A stretch of 64,000 nucleotides of DNA from Chiloscyllium plagiosum (Eukaryota). Positions 1 to 11,839 of the stretch are shown one piece after another; positions within the stretch are counted from its first letter, which is position 1; the number at the start of each line of letters is the position of its first letter. The stretch lies in assembly GCF_004010195.1 (NCBI RefSeq), contig NC_057719.1:74712043-74776042 (forward strand), in the 5' to 3' direction. The notes beneath the pieces were generated by a model that saw only the letters and a list, made by a program, of their open reading frames with translations, did not search any database and had not been told where the DNA came from. The translations under genes were made by a program, and so were the position numbers.

Positions 1-755
1 ATGGAATATTAGATGTTGCTGCATAGGGAATGGAGCCCAAAAATGGGGAAGTCTTGTTATTGCTGTATAGAGCGTTGGTGAGATCACACCAAGATAGATG
101 TGTACATTCTTGATCCAGTTCATCTGGAGTGAAATATATGCATTGAACTCAGTCCAGATGAACTCACCACTGGGTTGATTCTGGGGTTGAAGAGGTTGAT
201 CCTCTATGCATTGAAATTTCAAAGAATGAGAGGTAATCTCATTGAAACATGGAAGATTCTGAAGGGCGCTTGAAAGGGTAGATGCTGAGGGGAGGTTCCC
301 CTTTGTAGGGAAACCCGGAACTGGGGATATTGTTTTTAAAAAAAAGGGCTGTCCCATTGTGATGGAGAGAAGGTGGAATTACTTCTCTCCGAAAATCATT
401 CTTCTTTGGAATTCTCTACTCGGACAGCAATGGAAGCTAGATCATTGAACGGAATCGTGTCTGACCTAGTGTTTGGGGAAAATATAATTTGTGCGTACAT
501 AGTATGCTAGCTAGTTTGCCAGCGTCATACGGCCGCAGCCTCTGGCGTAATTTACTTTCTATTTGGCTTGTAGCCACTATTAAATGCATTTCATAAAACA
601 GTTAGTTAGGTTTTCTATAGATGAAGGAGTTAAGGATTATGGAGAACAGGCAGGAAAATAGGGCTCAAGTCAGAATCAGGCATGACCTTGATTGAGTCGT
701 ACAGCAGATTTCAGTGGCCAAGTGCCCTAGCCCTACTCCTGTTTTTGTGCTTTAT
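1..755 (+). mobile_element. CR1-type LINE 3' fragment (degenerate), interrupted at about 450-575
   Basis: Matches the CR1 3' ORF2/UTR pattern seen in other copies here (ttggtgagatcacac, gaatgagaggtaatctcattgaaac, ggccaagtgccc...ctactcctg). Confidence 0.75.
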
Positions 756-1792
756 TTCTTACAAACAGATGCATTCACTTAAATCATACTCCAAATGGTT
801 TTAGAATAAGAATTGAGTGTTAAACAATTCTAAATTCTAGTTTAGCATTGCATGAAGCATCCCTTCAGGACATTGTCAGATCCAACTGATGTGAGATGAC
901 ATTTGTTGAGTCTCCAGTTACTTCTGTTTAGAATCTGGTCCGGAGTACCAGATTTATGATGTATCTTTATTTCAGTTGCAAAGTCTTTCAGTAAACTGAT
1001 GGTATACATGTCCCCATATCTGCTTAATTGTATAGGTACAGTATTGAGAAGAATTGTATTCTGCCTTTCCAATATACTGTTACTGAGGCAACCGGACAGT
1101 TTAACGATCCTGTTTTTGCATTTTTTAAAAGATTCTGTGGTTCTGATCGTGGGATAGAATTCAAGACCAGACTGAGGCATGGTCATGAATTGTCTTCAGG
1201 ATAGATCTTCATAAAAGCTATTTATTAAAACTAAATGCTATATAGGCCCAATGAAGAGCAGCTCCATGACATCATCACTGCCAGGCCTTGTACACACCAT
1301 TCCCCAGGCTTTCTCCCCCAGTCATAAACATTTAATTAACATTTATCTACATTCCCAAATGAGTTGCCCAGATTACTAATTTTGACTTTTACTGTACGAT
1401 TTTTCCATAAACTTCCATGCCTTCAAGTCTTTGAATTGATGCATTTGTATCAATAGGTGGGTCAAGAAGGTCAATGGCGAGGTATAGTTGGTGAGCTGTC
1501 TTTTCCTCTGCTTGGCCAACAGACTTCTGAAGGGTCTTGTAACTGCAAGAATGTATGGAGAAGAGGGTTTCTTTGTTTTCTCCATCACTAGCTTCAGGAT
1601 TGGGTGATGTTGTCTTATTCTCCATGAAAAGAGTGGTGTAGTTCATCCAGAGTCAGTTATTCCCGAGATAAAGAAATTTGAACCATTCCAGTATTCACTG
1701 ATGCTCTTGTAGGTTTCCATAGTTATATGGTTTAGATAGATTCATGAAGACAATCTTCTGGGAGTTGGTATCTACTATTGAAATATGATCTT

Positions 1793-1990
1793 GTCAGTTA
1801 GCTCAGTTGGCTAAATGGCTGGTTTGTGATGCAGAGTGACATCAACAGCATGCGTTCAATTCCCTCAGTGGCTAAGGTTACCATGAAGGACTATCCTTCT
1901 CAGCCTGAGTTGTGATGATCTTCAGGTTAAACCGCCACCAGTCGTGTCTCTCTGGGACAGCAGCACTATGGTCCACTGGCCTGTACCTTT
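1793..1990 (+). mobile_element. tRNA-derived SINE inserted into the old LINE
   Basis: A-box-like tagctcagttggc and B-box-like gttcaattcc, followed by a non-tRNA body. Confidence 0.65.
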
Positions 1991-2450
1991 AATGAGATAT
2001 TGACAAAAACTACAATCTGATTTTCATTCCATTTCATAGAGAAGTGTGCTAAGCTGTTATATGTTTGATTCAAAGTTGCGTTTAAAAAGAGAGAAACTCC
2101 TGAAGCTGTTTGAACACAATAGATTGGTACAGATAAGTTTTGTAGCATTGGCTCATTGTTAATAGGTAGTTAAAGCAGATGATTATTTTCTGGACCTAGA
2201 TTATCTTTGTTAGGATTTTAATCTTTTTGTACTATACACATTTATTCCCTTGTATTCCTAGTTGATTGAAATTGCTTTTGCATGTTTGTTTGTTGCAGTT
2301 AAAACTGAAAACTATTGATTTTTTTTCTGCTATTCTGCATGCGGCTTTCAATGTAACGTTCAGCTTTCCTTTACCAATATGGCATCTTTATAGAGATGAG
2401 CAATGGTATTCCTTTCCTAAGATGTCTGAAGGATTTAGAAAATACCTGTT

Positions 2451-3736
2451 TTTTTCATAGATATTTTTATTAGAAATTTAACATTTTTACAAGTTTACAA
2501 AAATAAACAAAACTCTCAAGTACAAGCATTGATATACAATTAAATCTTAAATATACAATAGCCAAAATTTAACAAAAGAAAAAATACCGAGAAAGAAAAA
2601 AACAAAACTCAACTAACTACTAATCTAACCTACAATTAACCAGAGTGTATATTTAAGTCTCTTACATTATTCAAATAAGAGAGAAAAAAAACCAAAAAAA
2701 AACAACGGATAACATAGAAATTGGGTAGTGAGATACATGCTCGGAATGTGATAACATCAAATGTAACAAAACCCGTATTCGTGTGGGATTCCTCTCCTAA
2801 GGGGCCCCAGACCAACCAGGTTCGTAATCTCAATTAAATAAAAGCCCTTGTTAGGATAGCCGAAATATCTGTATTTATGTAATTCAAAAAGGGCTGCCAT
2901 ATTTTATAAAATAATTCGGTCTTTCGGTGCACCATGTTTGTAAGGAAGTCAAGGGGAATACATTCCATAATTAATCTGTGCCAATTTGAAAGTTCAGGGG
3001 GGGCCTCAGCCACCCAGTTTACCAAATATTTTTCCTTGCAAAGAAAGAGAGAATAGAAAATAGTCTCTTCCCGTACATGTCCAGGGAGGGAAAGTTCGAA
3101 AAGCCCAATAGGAGAGAGACAGGGTCCACTTTAATTTCCGTTCCTAGAATTTCTGTCAGGGTACTTGCTACTTTAGTCCAATATCTACGGATCTTATGAC
3201 AGGTCCATAGGCAATGTATAAGAGTGCCCCCTCTATTTTACCTTTGGGACACATTGGAGATGCTCCTGCCTTACATTTTGCCAATCGATCCAGTGCTATA
3301 TGGGCCCTATGAAGTATCTTCAGCTGGATAGCCTGAGTTCTGTTACAGATGGTAATTCTTCTAGCATTTTCCCAAATGTCATTCCATGTTTCTATAGAGA
3401 TTTCTATTCCCAAATCCTGATCCCATGTTTTAAGCAGATTCCCGATACTTCATCGTGTAGTAAATGATAAATAGTACTAATGGAGGATACCCCCATTGGC
3501 CATGGCACTCTACATTCTCTATCTGATTTATAAAGACTATCTAATAACGTAGTCTTCTTCTGTAATAGTCTTGAATTTGGAAGTATCGAAAGAGTTCTCC
3601 ATTAGGTAATCCGAATTTCTGACGCAGCTGTTCAAAAGACATCAAAACCCCATCTTTAAAGAGGTCCCCAAGACATGAGATACCCCTGGATCTCCAGAGT
3701 TTAAAAGTGGCATCTGTTAACCCCGGTTGGAATCCC
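2451..3736 (-). mobile_element. 5'-truncated L1-clade LINE with poly(A) tail and 14 bp TSD
   Basis: AGAAAATACCTGTT at 2437-2450 and 3737-3750; minus-strand aataaa plus A-run at 2451-2470; ORF2 C-terminal remnant ITICNRTQAIQLKILHRAH...MCPK (L1 zinc-binding region). Confidence 0.9.
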
Positions 3737-4889
3737 AGAAAATACCTGTTGATAGAAACTTTCTCAACATAGTGTTAATCAAGATGATTTTTTTGACTGT
3801 CAGGCCAGTTTGTTTTTTAGTTTGAAATGTTATTGCACTGAATTCATCGCCATGGTCAGATTTACCCCCCCTTCATCTCCAATTTCTTTTTATTTAAAAC
3901 TTAGTTGTTGAGTGAAATTGTATTTTGTGCTGGACCCATTATAGTAATAAAGATTTAATTAGTTTTATTGTTAGAGTTCTGAAGCTTTGAATTCCATTAT
4001 ATTTATTCATGGTATTTTAAAAATCAATTTACTTTAAATCCGTTTTTGAGGATTTTCCTTAACTTGTTTGTAGTTAACTTTATCATTGCTTGGAATTCGA
4101 GATCTCCCAATTCCATTTCCCAGTCTAATGTCAAATTGGTTGTTTTATTTTCTCTTAGTAAGGATAGAATATGCTTTGTGTTCTGGTAGTTGAGCACCCG
4201 TGCATAGACGGCCATCTGGAATTATCCCCTTGGTTGCAAGTGAGCTTTTACTACTCTCCTCGCCTATTTTTAAATGTAGGAAAGCTTTTTATCCTCTACT
4301 AATATTGTAGAAAATTTTTATTTGGACTTGGAATTTTTTTAATGGCTTTTCAACAGGAATTTTCTGGTCAGAGTTTTGTTATACTTTCAAAACCTTTCCC
4401 TTCAGCTTCTCTGGTTGCCGGTTGCCCAAAGCCAACTTTTTTTGTCAAAATCTTTTTTTCAGTTCTTCTCTTCTTCCAATGACAGCAGGCCTGTTTCTTG
4501 ATCTTCATTGCTTTCACAATATTCTAGGCAGTGCTTCCCAATGTTGCCACCATCCTTTGTGGCATGGTTTTATGCTGTCACCCATGAGTTTTGATTTAAG
4601 GCAGACTTAGTGATGAGAAGGTAATGTCAAGAATTATCTTCAGGTCTGGGCTTCTTTATACCATTGTTTTTACTGCATGTTAACTAAATATTACAACATT
4701 TTGGTCTTCCAACTTCCAATCTTACTGTTAGATTATTGAAAGACTATTCCATAAACCCTACCATCCAATGCGAGTCAGTCTACTCCACGCACTTCTGTGC
4801 ATGTTTTAATTATACACATGGCTAGACATCAGGCTCCCGCCTAGGTCTGCATCTGCTTTTCTCTCTCATTTTCTTCACTCTGCCCATGC

Positions 4890-5880
4890 TGGTCCCTTTT
4901 ATATCTTTCCCCTCTCACCCTGAAACAATGCTCTCTAGTTCTGGACTCCCCCACTCCAGGGAAAAGATCTTGTCTATTTATCCTATCTATGCCCCTCATG
5001 ATTTTATTAACCTCTATAAGGTCACCCCTCAGCCTCTGACGCTCCAGGGAAAACAGCCCCAGCCTATTCAACCTCTCTCGATAGCTCAAATCCTCCAGCC
5101 CTGGCAACATCCTTGTAAATCTTTTCGCAACCCTTTCAACTTTCACAACATCCTCCTGATAGGAAGGAGACCAGAATTGCACACAATATTTGAAAAGTGG
5201 CCTAATCAATGTCTTCTACAGCCACAACATGACCCCCCAACTCCTATACTCAATGCTCTGATCAATAAAGCAAAGCAGACCAAACATCATTTTCACTCTC
5301 CTATCTACCTGCGACTCTACTTTGATGGAACTATGAACCTGGATGCCAAGGTCTCTTTGTTCAGCAAGCCTCCCTAGGATTGTACCGTTAAGTGCATAAG
5401 TCCTGCTCTGATTTGCTTTTCCAAAATGCAGCACCTCATTTATCTAAATTAAGCTCCATCTGCCACTCTTCAGCCCATTGGCCCATCTGAATCAGGATAC
5501 ATTTGTACTCCGAGGTAACTTTCTTCGCTGTCTGCTACATCTCCAATTTTGGTGTCATCTGCAAACTCACTAACTATACCTCCTATGTTCACATCCAAGT
5601 CATTTATGAGTTATGAAAAGTAGTTGACCCAACACTGATCCTTGTGGTACACCACTAGTCACAGGCCTCCAGTCTGAAAAACAACCCTCCACCCCACCCT
5701 CTGTTTTCTACCTTTGAGCCAGTTCTGTATCCAAATGGAACCTTGTCGAAAGCCTTACTGAAGTCCATATAGATCACATCTGCTACTCTGTCCTCATCAA
5801 TCCTCTTTGTTACTTCTTCAAAAAACTCAATCAAGCTCGTGAGACATGATTTCCTACGCACAAAGCCATGCTGACCATCC
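4890..5880 (-). mobile_element. CR1 LINE ORF2 (RT) fragment
   Basis: ORF pieces KSCLTSLIEFFEEVT..DVIYMDFSKAFDKVP and YCVQFWSP..RFTRMLPGLEDLSYRERLNRLGLFSLERQRLRGDLIEV; frameshifted. Confidence 0.92.
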
Positions 5881-6469
5881 CTCTAACTCCTCATTAGATA
5901 ATTGGTACAAATAGCTCTAGAGTAGAGCTAATGTGCAAGTCTCACCAAATTCTTGAGCCTGATATGTTGCTGATACTTGCAGAATTGTTGAACCTGACAT
6001 TGTAGAGGCAGGCTTTTAACCTATAACACCTACGCTGGCTCTTTGATAGAGTAGTCATGCCCTAGCTTTTAGGGCTAGGAATAAAAAAGCTCATTGTCCT
6101 TGAGATTGCCTGCCTCAACATCTTTGAAAATTATTCATGCAATCAGCTTCTGTTACCTTTTCCAGTTCCAGATCCTGGAGAACTCTTGCGTGCAGGGAAA
6201 AAACTCACCTCAACCATCTCCTAGATCAAATGCCAATGATTTTAATCAGTGACCCAGGGTTATTGACACACTCACCGGAGGGAACAATTACTTTTTCTGA
6301 TCTGCTCAAATCAAAAATTCTCAATAGTTTCATAATTCTTTTGTGGAATATGGGCATTGCTGGCAAGGCCAGAATTTATTGCACATCTCTAGTTGTTTAT
6401 TGAGTGACTTGTTGGACCTGTTAGACATTAACCCTATTACTGTGACTCTGATGTGGCTACAGTAGAGAA

Positions 6470-6915
6470 TGTGGGAAGGTGACTTAGCAGGATGCTGCCA
6501 GTGAGGTTGGAGGGTCAGAGCTATATGGAAAGACTTGCAAAACTGGGTCTATCTTCTTCAATAGCAAAGACTTGCCAAAGGTGTGTAGGTTACAAGGGAC
6601 AGGGATAGGCTGTGTAGGAAGACACTTTCTCCATGAATAACGATGGGAATAGAGCTAAGGTAAGAAGTAGAAGGTTAGGAGGGGCATTGAAAGATTTTTT
6701 TTTCACTCATGGTGGTGGAAGTCTGGAAATCATTCACGATAGGATGATAATTTTTGACTAAATCGGAAGCGTTGAAGAGTATTTAGATATCCACTGTTGT
6801 TGCTACAGCTTCTAGAGCTATAGAGCAAAATCTGGAAATTAGGGCCAGTGAAATAAAATCTTTGTTGACAGCATGGGCACGATGGGCTAAATGGCCTCAT
6901 TCTAGCTGGGGTCAC
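6470..6915 (+). mobile_element. Old CR1-type LINE 3' fragment
   Basis: aggatgctgcc...agctatatggaaagactt...gatgggctaaatggcctc resembles the CR1 3' ends elsewhere in the window. Confidence 0.6.
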
Positions 6916-7584
6916 ATGTAGACGAGGATGGGTAAGGATGTTGGATCCTCTTTCCAAGAGGAACTAGAGTAAACGAGTTGGGTTTTAAACAATCGATAGT
7001 CTTGCAGTCACATTGACTAGCTTTCAATTTCAGGTTTTACAAATTGTGTTCAGTTTGCCATTGTGGGATTTGAACCCAGGGAATTTTCCTGACCCTCTGG
7101 ATTAGCAGTCAAGCAATGATGCCAGCATCTTTTTGTTGAAAGCCTCCATTGGTTTGCCTCCTAATTATCTCTGTTCCAAACTTTTCAAAACTGTCTATAA
7201 ATGAGGTATGTCTTTTTTGTAGTCTAACTTATCTCCTAACCCTTGACAAAGGGTTAAAACAAAAAGCAAGATGTATTTGAGGATTCTTTATCTTTGGGGT
7301 TCTGAGGTTTGAACGGCCGGCATTCTGTTGTGAACATTAGTTGTTCAGCTAGAGCAGACTCTGATACAAAGTGAAGTAAAACTTGTTCCCCCGCACTCTG
7401 AGTTTCAGTCGATGATGAAGGTAGGCTAGTTTCACACTGCAGTTACATTGGAGGGTAGTGTTTCTCACTGCTTGCCGATATGTGTTAGACTGTGGCTTTG
7501 ACTGTGAGCAATGTCCACATTTGAGGAAGGACTTGCTGGCTGCAGTTTTGGTGGTGAAGCCAAAGCTAATACTCTGCCTTTTTC

Positions 7585-8245
7585 AATCATCTTTGTCACC
7601 TCTTCAAAAAACTCAATCAAGTTAGTGAGACACTATTTCCCACACACAAAGCCATGTTGACTATCCCCAATCAGTCCTTGCCTTTCCAAATGTATGAAAG
7701 TCCAGTCCCTTAGGACTCCCTCCAACAACTTGCCCACCACTGATGTCAGCCTCATCGGTCTATAGTTCCCTGGCTTCTTCTTGCCTCCTTTCTTAAATAT
7801 TGGCACCACATTTGCCAACCTCCTGTCTCCTGGCACCTCACCCAGGTTACAAATATCTCAGTCAGGGGGCCAGCAATCTCTTCCCAAGCTTCCCACAAGT
7901 TTTGAGGTATACCTGATTTGCACTTGGGGATTTATCTATCTTCGTGCATTTTAAGCTGTTCAGCAGCTCCTTGTCTGTATTATGAACTCTCTTCAAGACA
8001 TCATTATTTATTTCCCCAAATTTCCTTGCTTACATTTCCTTCTCCACTGGAAAATATTCATTTAGTGCCTCACCCATCTCCTGTGATTACACATACAGAC
8101 GGCCTTGTTGATCTTTAAGGGGCCCTATACTCTCCCTAGTTGCTCTTTTGCCCAGAATGTATTACAGAATGTCTTTAGATTCTCCTTCACTCTATTTGCC
8201 AAAGCTTTCTAGTGCCCCAGTTGTTTTTTTTTGCCATCTTGATTT
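7585..8245 (-). mobile_element. CR1 LINE ORF2 internal fragment
   Basis: ANVVPIFKKGGKKKPGNYRPMRLTSVVGKLLE..SQHGF is the RT N-terminal motif. Confidence 0.88.
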
Positions 8246-8361
8246 TCCTGCGTTATTTAATTTTTAAATGCCTCCCACTTCCCAAATGTGCCTTTACCTG
8301 AGAATAACCTCCTTCAATCAACATGTGAACAAATGTAGTTCTGTCAATAGCACCAAGTGAG

Positions 8362-8706
8362 TAGATTAGATTAGATTGCCTACATTATGGAAACAGGCTC
8401 TTTGGCCCAACAAGTCCACACTGGCCCTCCAAAAAGTAACCCACCCAGACCCATTCCCCTATCCTATATTTATCTCTGACTAATGCACCTAACACTATGG
8501 GCAATTTAGCATGGCCAATTCACCTGACCTGAACATCTTTGGACTGTGGGAGGAACCCGGAGCACCTGGAGGAAACCCATGCAGACACTAGGAGAACACA
8601 GATAGTTGTCCAAGGCAGGAATCAAACCTGGGTCCCTGGCGCTGTGAGGCAGCAGTGCTAACCACTGAGCCACAGCAGTGCTAACCACTGAGCCACCGTG
8701 CTGCCC
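8362..8706 (-). mobile_element. V-SINE (HE1-like tRNA-derived SINE) with (TCTAA)n tail
   Basis: tRNA-like head gcacggtggctcagtggttagcactgctgcc, V-domain (gggtttcctccaggtgctccgg...cacagtccaaagatg) and TCTAA tail; about 23 bp of the head is tandemly duplicated at 8650-8695. Confidence 0.9.
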
Positions 8707-9548
8707 CATGTTGTAACTGACTGAACAGCAATTAGGAACTCAATTTGTGTGAAGCACTTGGAGATAACTCAGATACATTATTCAGAATTACACAAGGTGG
8801 CAAAGATTTTAGTTTCCTTGTTATCTCCTATCTTCTTCAGCTCCTCAACAATCTGATAATTTCACCTCTTTGTGCATGTTCAGCATCCAAGAATCTGAAA
8901 GGTAAAAGCATAAAATTATATATTGTCTTGAATATCTGGACACTATTGCAGAGCTGTCAGGAAACTGATTTTTTTTATTACTTGTGATTGCAGTCATCAG
9001 AACCTAATTGTTCTGTCTACTTCCTTTTCAGCTCTTCGCTTCCTATTCATTTTTTTTCCAGAAAAAGTAGACAATTGCTTGCACTCTGACATTGAGGTTT
9101 GCAGAGATTTTGTCAGGGCACAATTTTTTTTCAAAGACAAAATAATTGAATAATTCAGTGTTGCCTGAAGGAGAAAACTGCATGGTCTTCAAATATGACA
9201 TTTATTAAAATTTCTTCCAGAATTCTGAGAGTTCAACCCAAAGCTTCCTCGCCCAGATCAAATTCGGGAGCCATGATTTGGTTCTAAATGTAACCATTGC
9301 AAGAGATATTAATTTTGTCACTAAAGACAAATTTCTTTGGTGATATGGCTGCATGTGTCTCAAGGCACAGGACATCTCAGCTATTGGCAGAACAAAGTGG
9401 ACCTCGAGGAGGCTGTCTAGGTATTGTGTGTGTACATAGCAATATCAACAGCTTTGCAGAAAAGAGCGATTTGCATGTCTTTTAATCCATCAAACCTCCT
9501 AAAGTGCTTTACCATCAATGGAGTGTTTTGAAGTTTAGTCTCTCATAG

Positions 9549-9897
9549 GGTGGTTAGCACTGCTGCCTCAAAATGCCAGGGACACCGGTTCAATTCCACC
9601 CCTGGGTGACTGTCTGTGTGGAGTTTGCACATTCTACCTGTGTCTGAGTGAGTTTCCTCTGGGTGCTCCAGTTTCCTCCCACAATCCAAAGATGTACAGG
9701 TGAGGTGGATTGACGTGCTAAGTTGCCCATAGTGTCGAGGGATGTGTAGGCTAGGTGGGTTAGCTATTGGAAATAAAGGGTTACAGGGATAGGGTAGGTG
9801 AGAGTATGGGTCTGGCTGGGATGCTCTTTGAGGGTCAGTGTGGAACTCGATGGGCTCAATGGCCTGCTTCCACACTGTAGAGATTCTGTGATTCTAT
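9549..9897 (+). mobile_element. V-SINE (5'-clipped) with gattctgtgattcta tail
   Basis: gtggttagcactgctgcctca...gtctgtgtggagtttgcacattct...cccacaatccaaagatg. Confidence 0.9.
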
Positions 9898-10087
9898 GGT
9901 GCAAAAAATATGGCAGCCAATTGGTGTGCAGCAAGCTTCCACAAGCATTAGTGTCATAATGAGCAGATGACTTGTTTGTGATGTTGGATCGAAGGATAAA
10001 TATTGACCAGGACACTGGGAATAAGCCCCAAGTTGCTTTTCTTCAGAGCGCAATGGGACCTTCTGTCTTCATCTGAGGGCAACTAAG

Positions 10088-10247
10088 CATAGAGTCATAG
10101 AGATGTACAGCCTGTCCATGCCGACCAGATATCCCAACCCAATCTAGCCCCACCTGCCAGCACCCGGCCCATATCCCTCCAAACCCTTCCTATTCATATA
10201 GCCATCCAATGCCTCTTAAATGTTACAATTGTACCAGCCTCCATCAC
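10088..10247 (-). mobile_element. CR1 extreme 3' end
   Basis: catagagtcatagag tail repeat plus CR1 3' UTR. Confidence 0.85.
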
Positions 10248-11509
10248 AATGTCGCATTGGAAAGACAGCATTCCTGCAGTGCATTGTTCTCTATGCAGCA
10301 TTGCAGTACTGGCCTTGATTTCTTTTCTCAAATCTTGGAGTGGAGCTTAAAACCACAGCCTTGTAATTTGCATGTTGCCAAGGCTGATACTGGAGCCCCC
10401 TGCAGGACATCGTGACTGCTGGCCTTACCAGTGAGGCCGACTTCAAAAAATGGAATGTGCATTAACTTTTTACTGCATTGACACACTTAGGCTCATTTTA
10501 ATGTTAGTCACAGGATTGTGTTTGTGATGTCTTTCCTGGAGTGGCCCAATTGTGCTCTGAGCAGGCCAGTACCAGAGGTTTCTGACTTGAGCTCGAGCCA
10601 AAGTTCAGCTGCTGGAATTACTTTGTGCTGTAGTGCTAATGGAAATGTTTGCCCGAGTCCAAATTTCCATTTCGACTGCAAATCTGACTTAATTTATCAA
10701 AATCTGATGAGCCATACAAGTTTGGCATAGATTTGTACCGGTGCCATTGAACATCAGTAAATAGGCCTGACTTCTCAACTATTATGTTCTACCAGCAATG
10801 AAGACTCCCTAGGAATCTTCAATGTACTGCCTCAATAAAATGCATCCTTAACTCTTGCCCTCTATCCAGCACCAAACTAGGTTCTTCTCTCCAATTTCCT
10901 CCTCCTTTTCCCATCTTCAGACAATGTACTGGGCAACTTCCCACAATGGGTAATTTTAGTCTTCATCTGATTAAGAATTTGGAACAGGAGTAGGCCATTC
11001 AGCCTAGTGGGCTTGCTGTGCCATCCAATACAAACGTGACTGATGTTAGACTCTAGTTTCCCACCTGCTCCCTCACTGCCAACTATGATTGTGAACTGTC
11101 TCCCTCTATAGACCTCTGCTGTCCATATCCATGGCCACCCATCTCTGCCATTTCCTATGACTTCCTTATTTGGACAATCTCAATTATATACAAAGCCAGT
11201 TCTGTAAATTTCATTTCCCTCACCAAATGTGATAGCCAAAATCTCTGTAACCCTCCTACTTCTACACATTGAGCATAAAAGCAGCCTTGTCAATAAAATA
11301 TTTATTGAATGCTGTATTACCTTTGCTACTCTTAAAATCTACATTGTTTCCTCATGCCCTTTCCAAGTTATCTTATCCAGGTTTAATTTCGGTTCTCTGT
11401 CATTGTTCTGTGCTGGAATTTTGCAAAAAGTCTATTATTATCTGAGTATTTGGATCTGCATGTTCCCATTATTTCTCTCTCATATTTCAGTGCCATACTC
11501 TCAACATTT

Positions 11510-11839
11510 TTAGACTAGACTCTAGATTAGACTAGATTCTCTATGGTATGGAAACAGGCCCTTTGGCCCAACAAGCGCACACCAACTCTCTGAAGAACAG
11601 CTCACCCAGAGCTATCTCCCTCTGACTAATGCACCTAACACTATGGACAATTTAGCACAGCCAATTCATCTAAACTGCACATCTTTGGATTGAGGTAGGA
11701 AACCGGAGCACCCGGAGGAAACCCATGCAGATGCAGGGAGAATGTGCAAACTCCACACAGACAATCGTCTAAGGCTGGAATTGAACCCGGTTCCCTGGTG
11801 CTTTGAGGCAGCAGTGCTAACCACTGTGCCATCGTGCCA
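11510..11839 (-). mobile_element. V-SINE
   Basis: Same head, V-domain and tail as the other copies. Confidence 0.9.

Larger units (their letters stand above)
780..4800 (-). mobile_element. Ancient, heavily decayed L1/Tx1-like LINE (ORF1 knuckle, endonuclease and RT remnants), split by two later insertions
   Basis: Minus-strand pieces occur in the expected order: CCHC-like knuckle (~4510-4570), MAVYARVLNYQNTKHILSLL (endonuclease N-terminus-like), FRSFSL..NA (RPISLLN-like, ~2090), IVFMNLSKPYN..ILEWFKFLY (DxxKAFD..FIxWIKLLY-like, ~1670-1760), KKPSSPYILAVTRPF (CPLSP..LAIEPL-like). All matches are degenerate. Confidence 0.55.
9465..10390 (-). mobile_element. DeuSINE-like (SacSINE1/AmnSINE1-related) SINE interrupted by a V-SINE and a CR1 tail
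   Basis: Pieces 9465-9542, 9898-10087 and 10248-10390 join into one element (ggcagccaattggtgtgcagcaagcttccacaa, ggataaatattgaccaggacac, ggagtggagcttaaaaccacagcc). A second copy lies at 19510-19890. Confidence 0.65.

Noticed and set aside
37..48. CArG box CCAAAAATGG
   Set aside because: Lies within a decayed CR1 with no supporting motifs.
842..1646. Cluster of minus-strand ORFs considered as an endogenous virus or nested gene
   Set aside because: They fit better as frameshifted pieces of a decayed LINE reverse transcriptase; I recognise no viral motif or splice structure.
7405..7520. ATGATGA C-box suggesting an intronic C/D snoRNA
   Set aside because: No suitably placed CTGA D box or terminal stem.
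8640..8706. tRNA-like sequences here and at other SINE heads
   Set aside because: They are SINE promoters continuing into a V-domain body; no complete cloverleaf.
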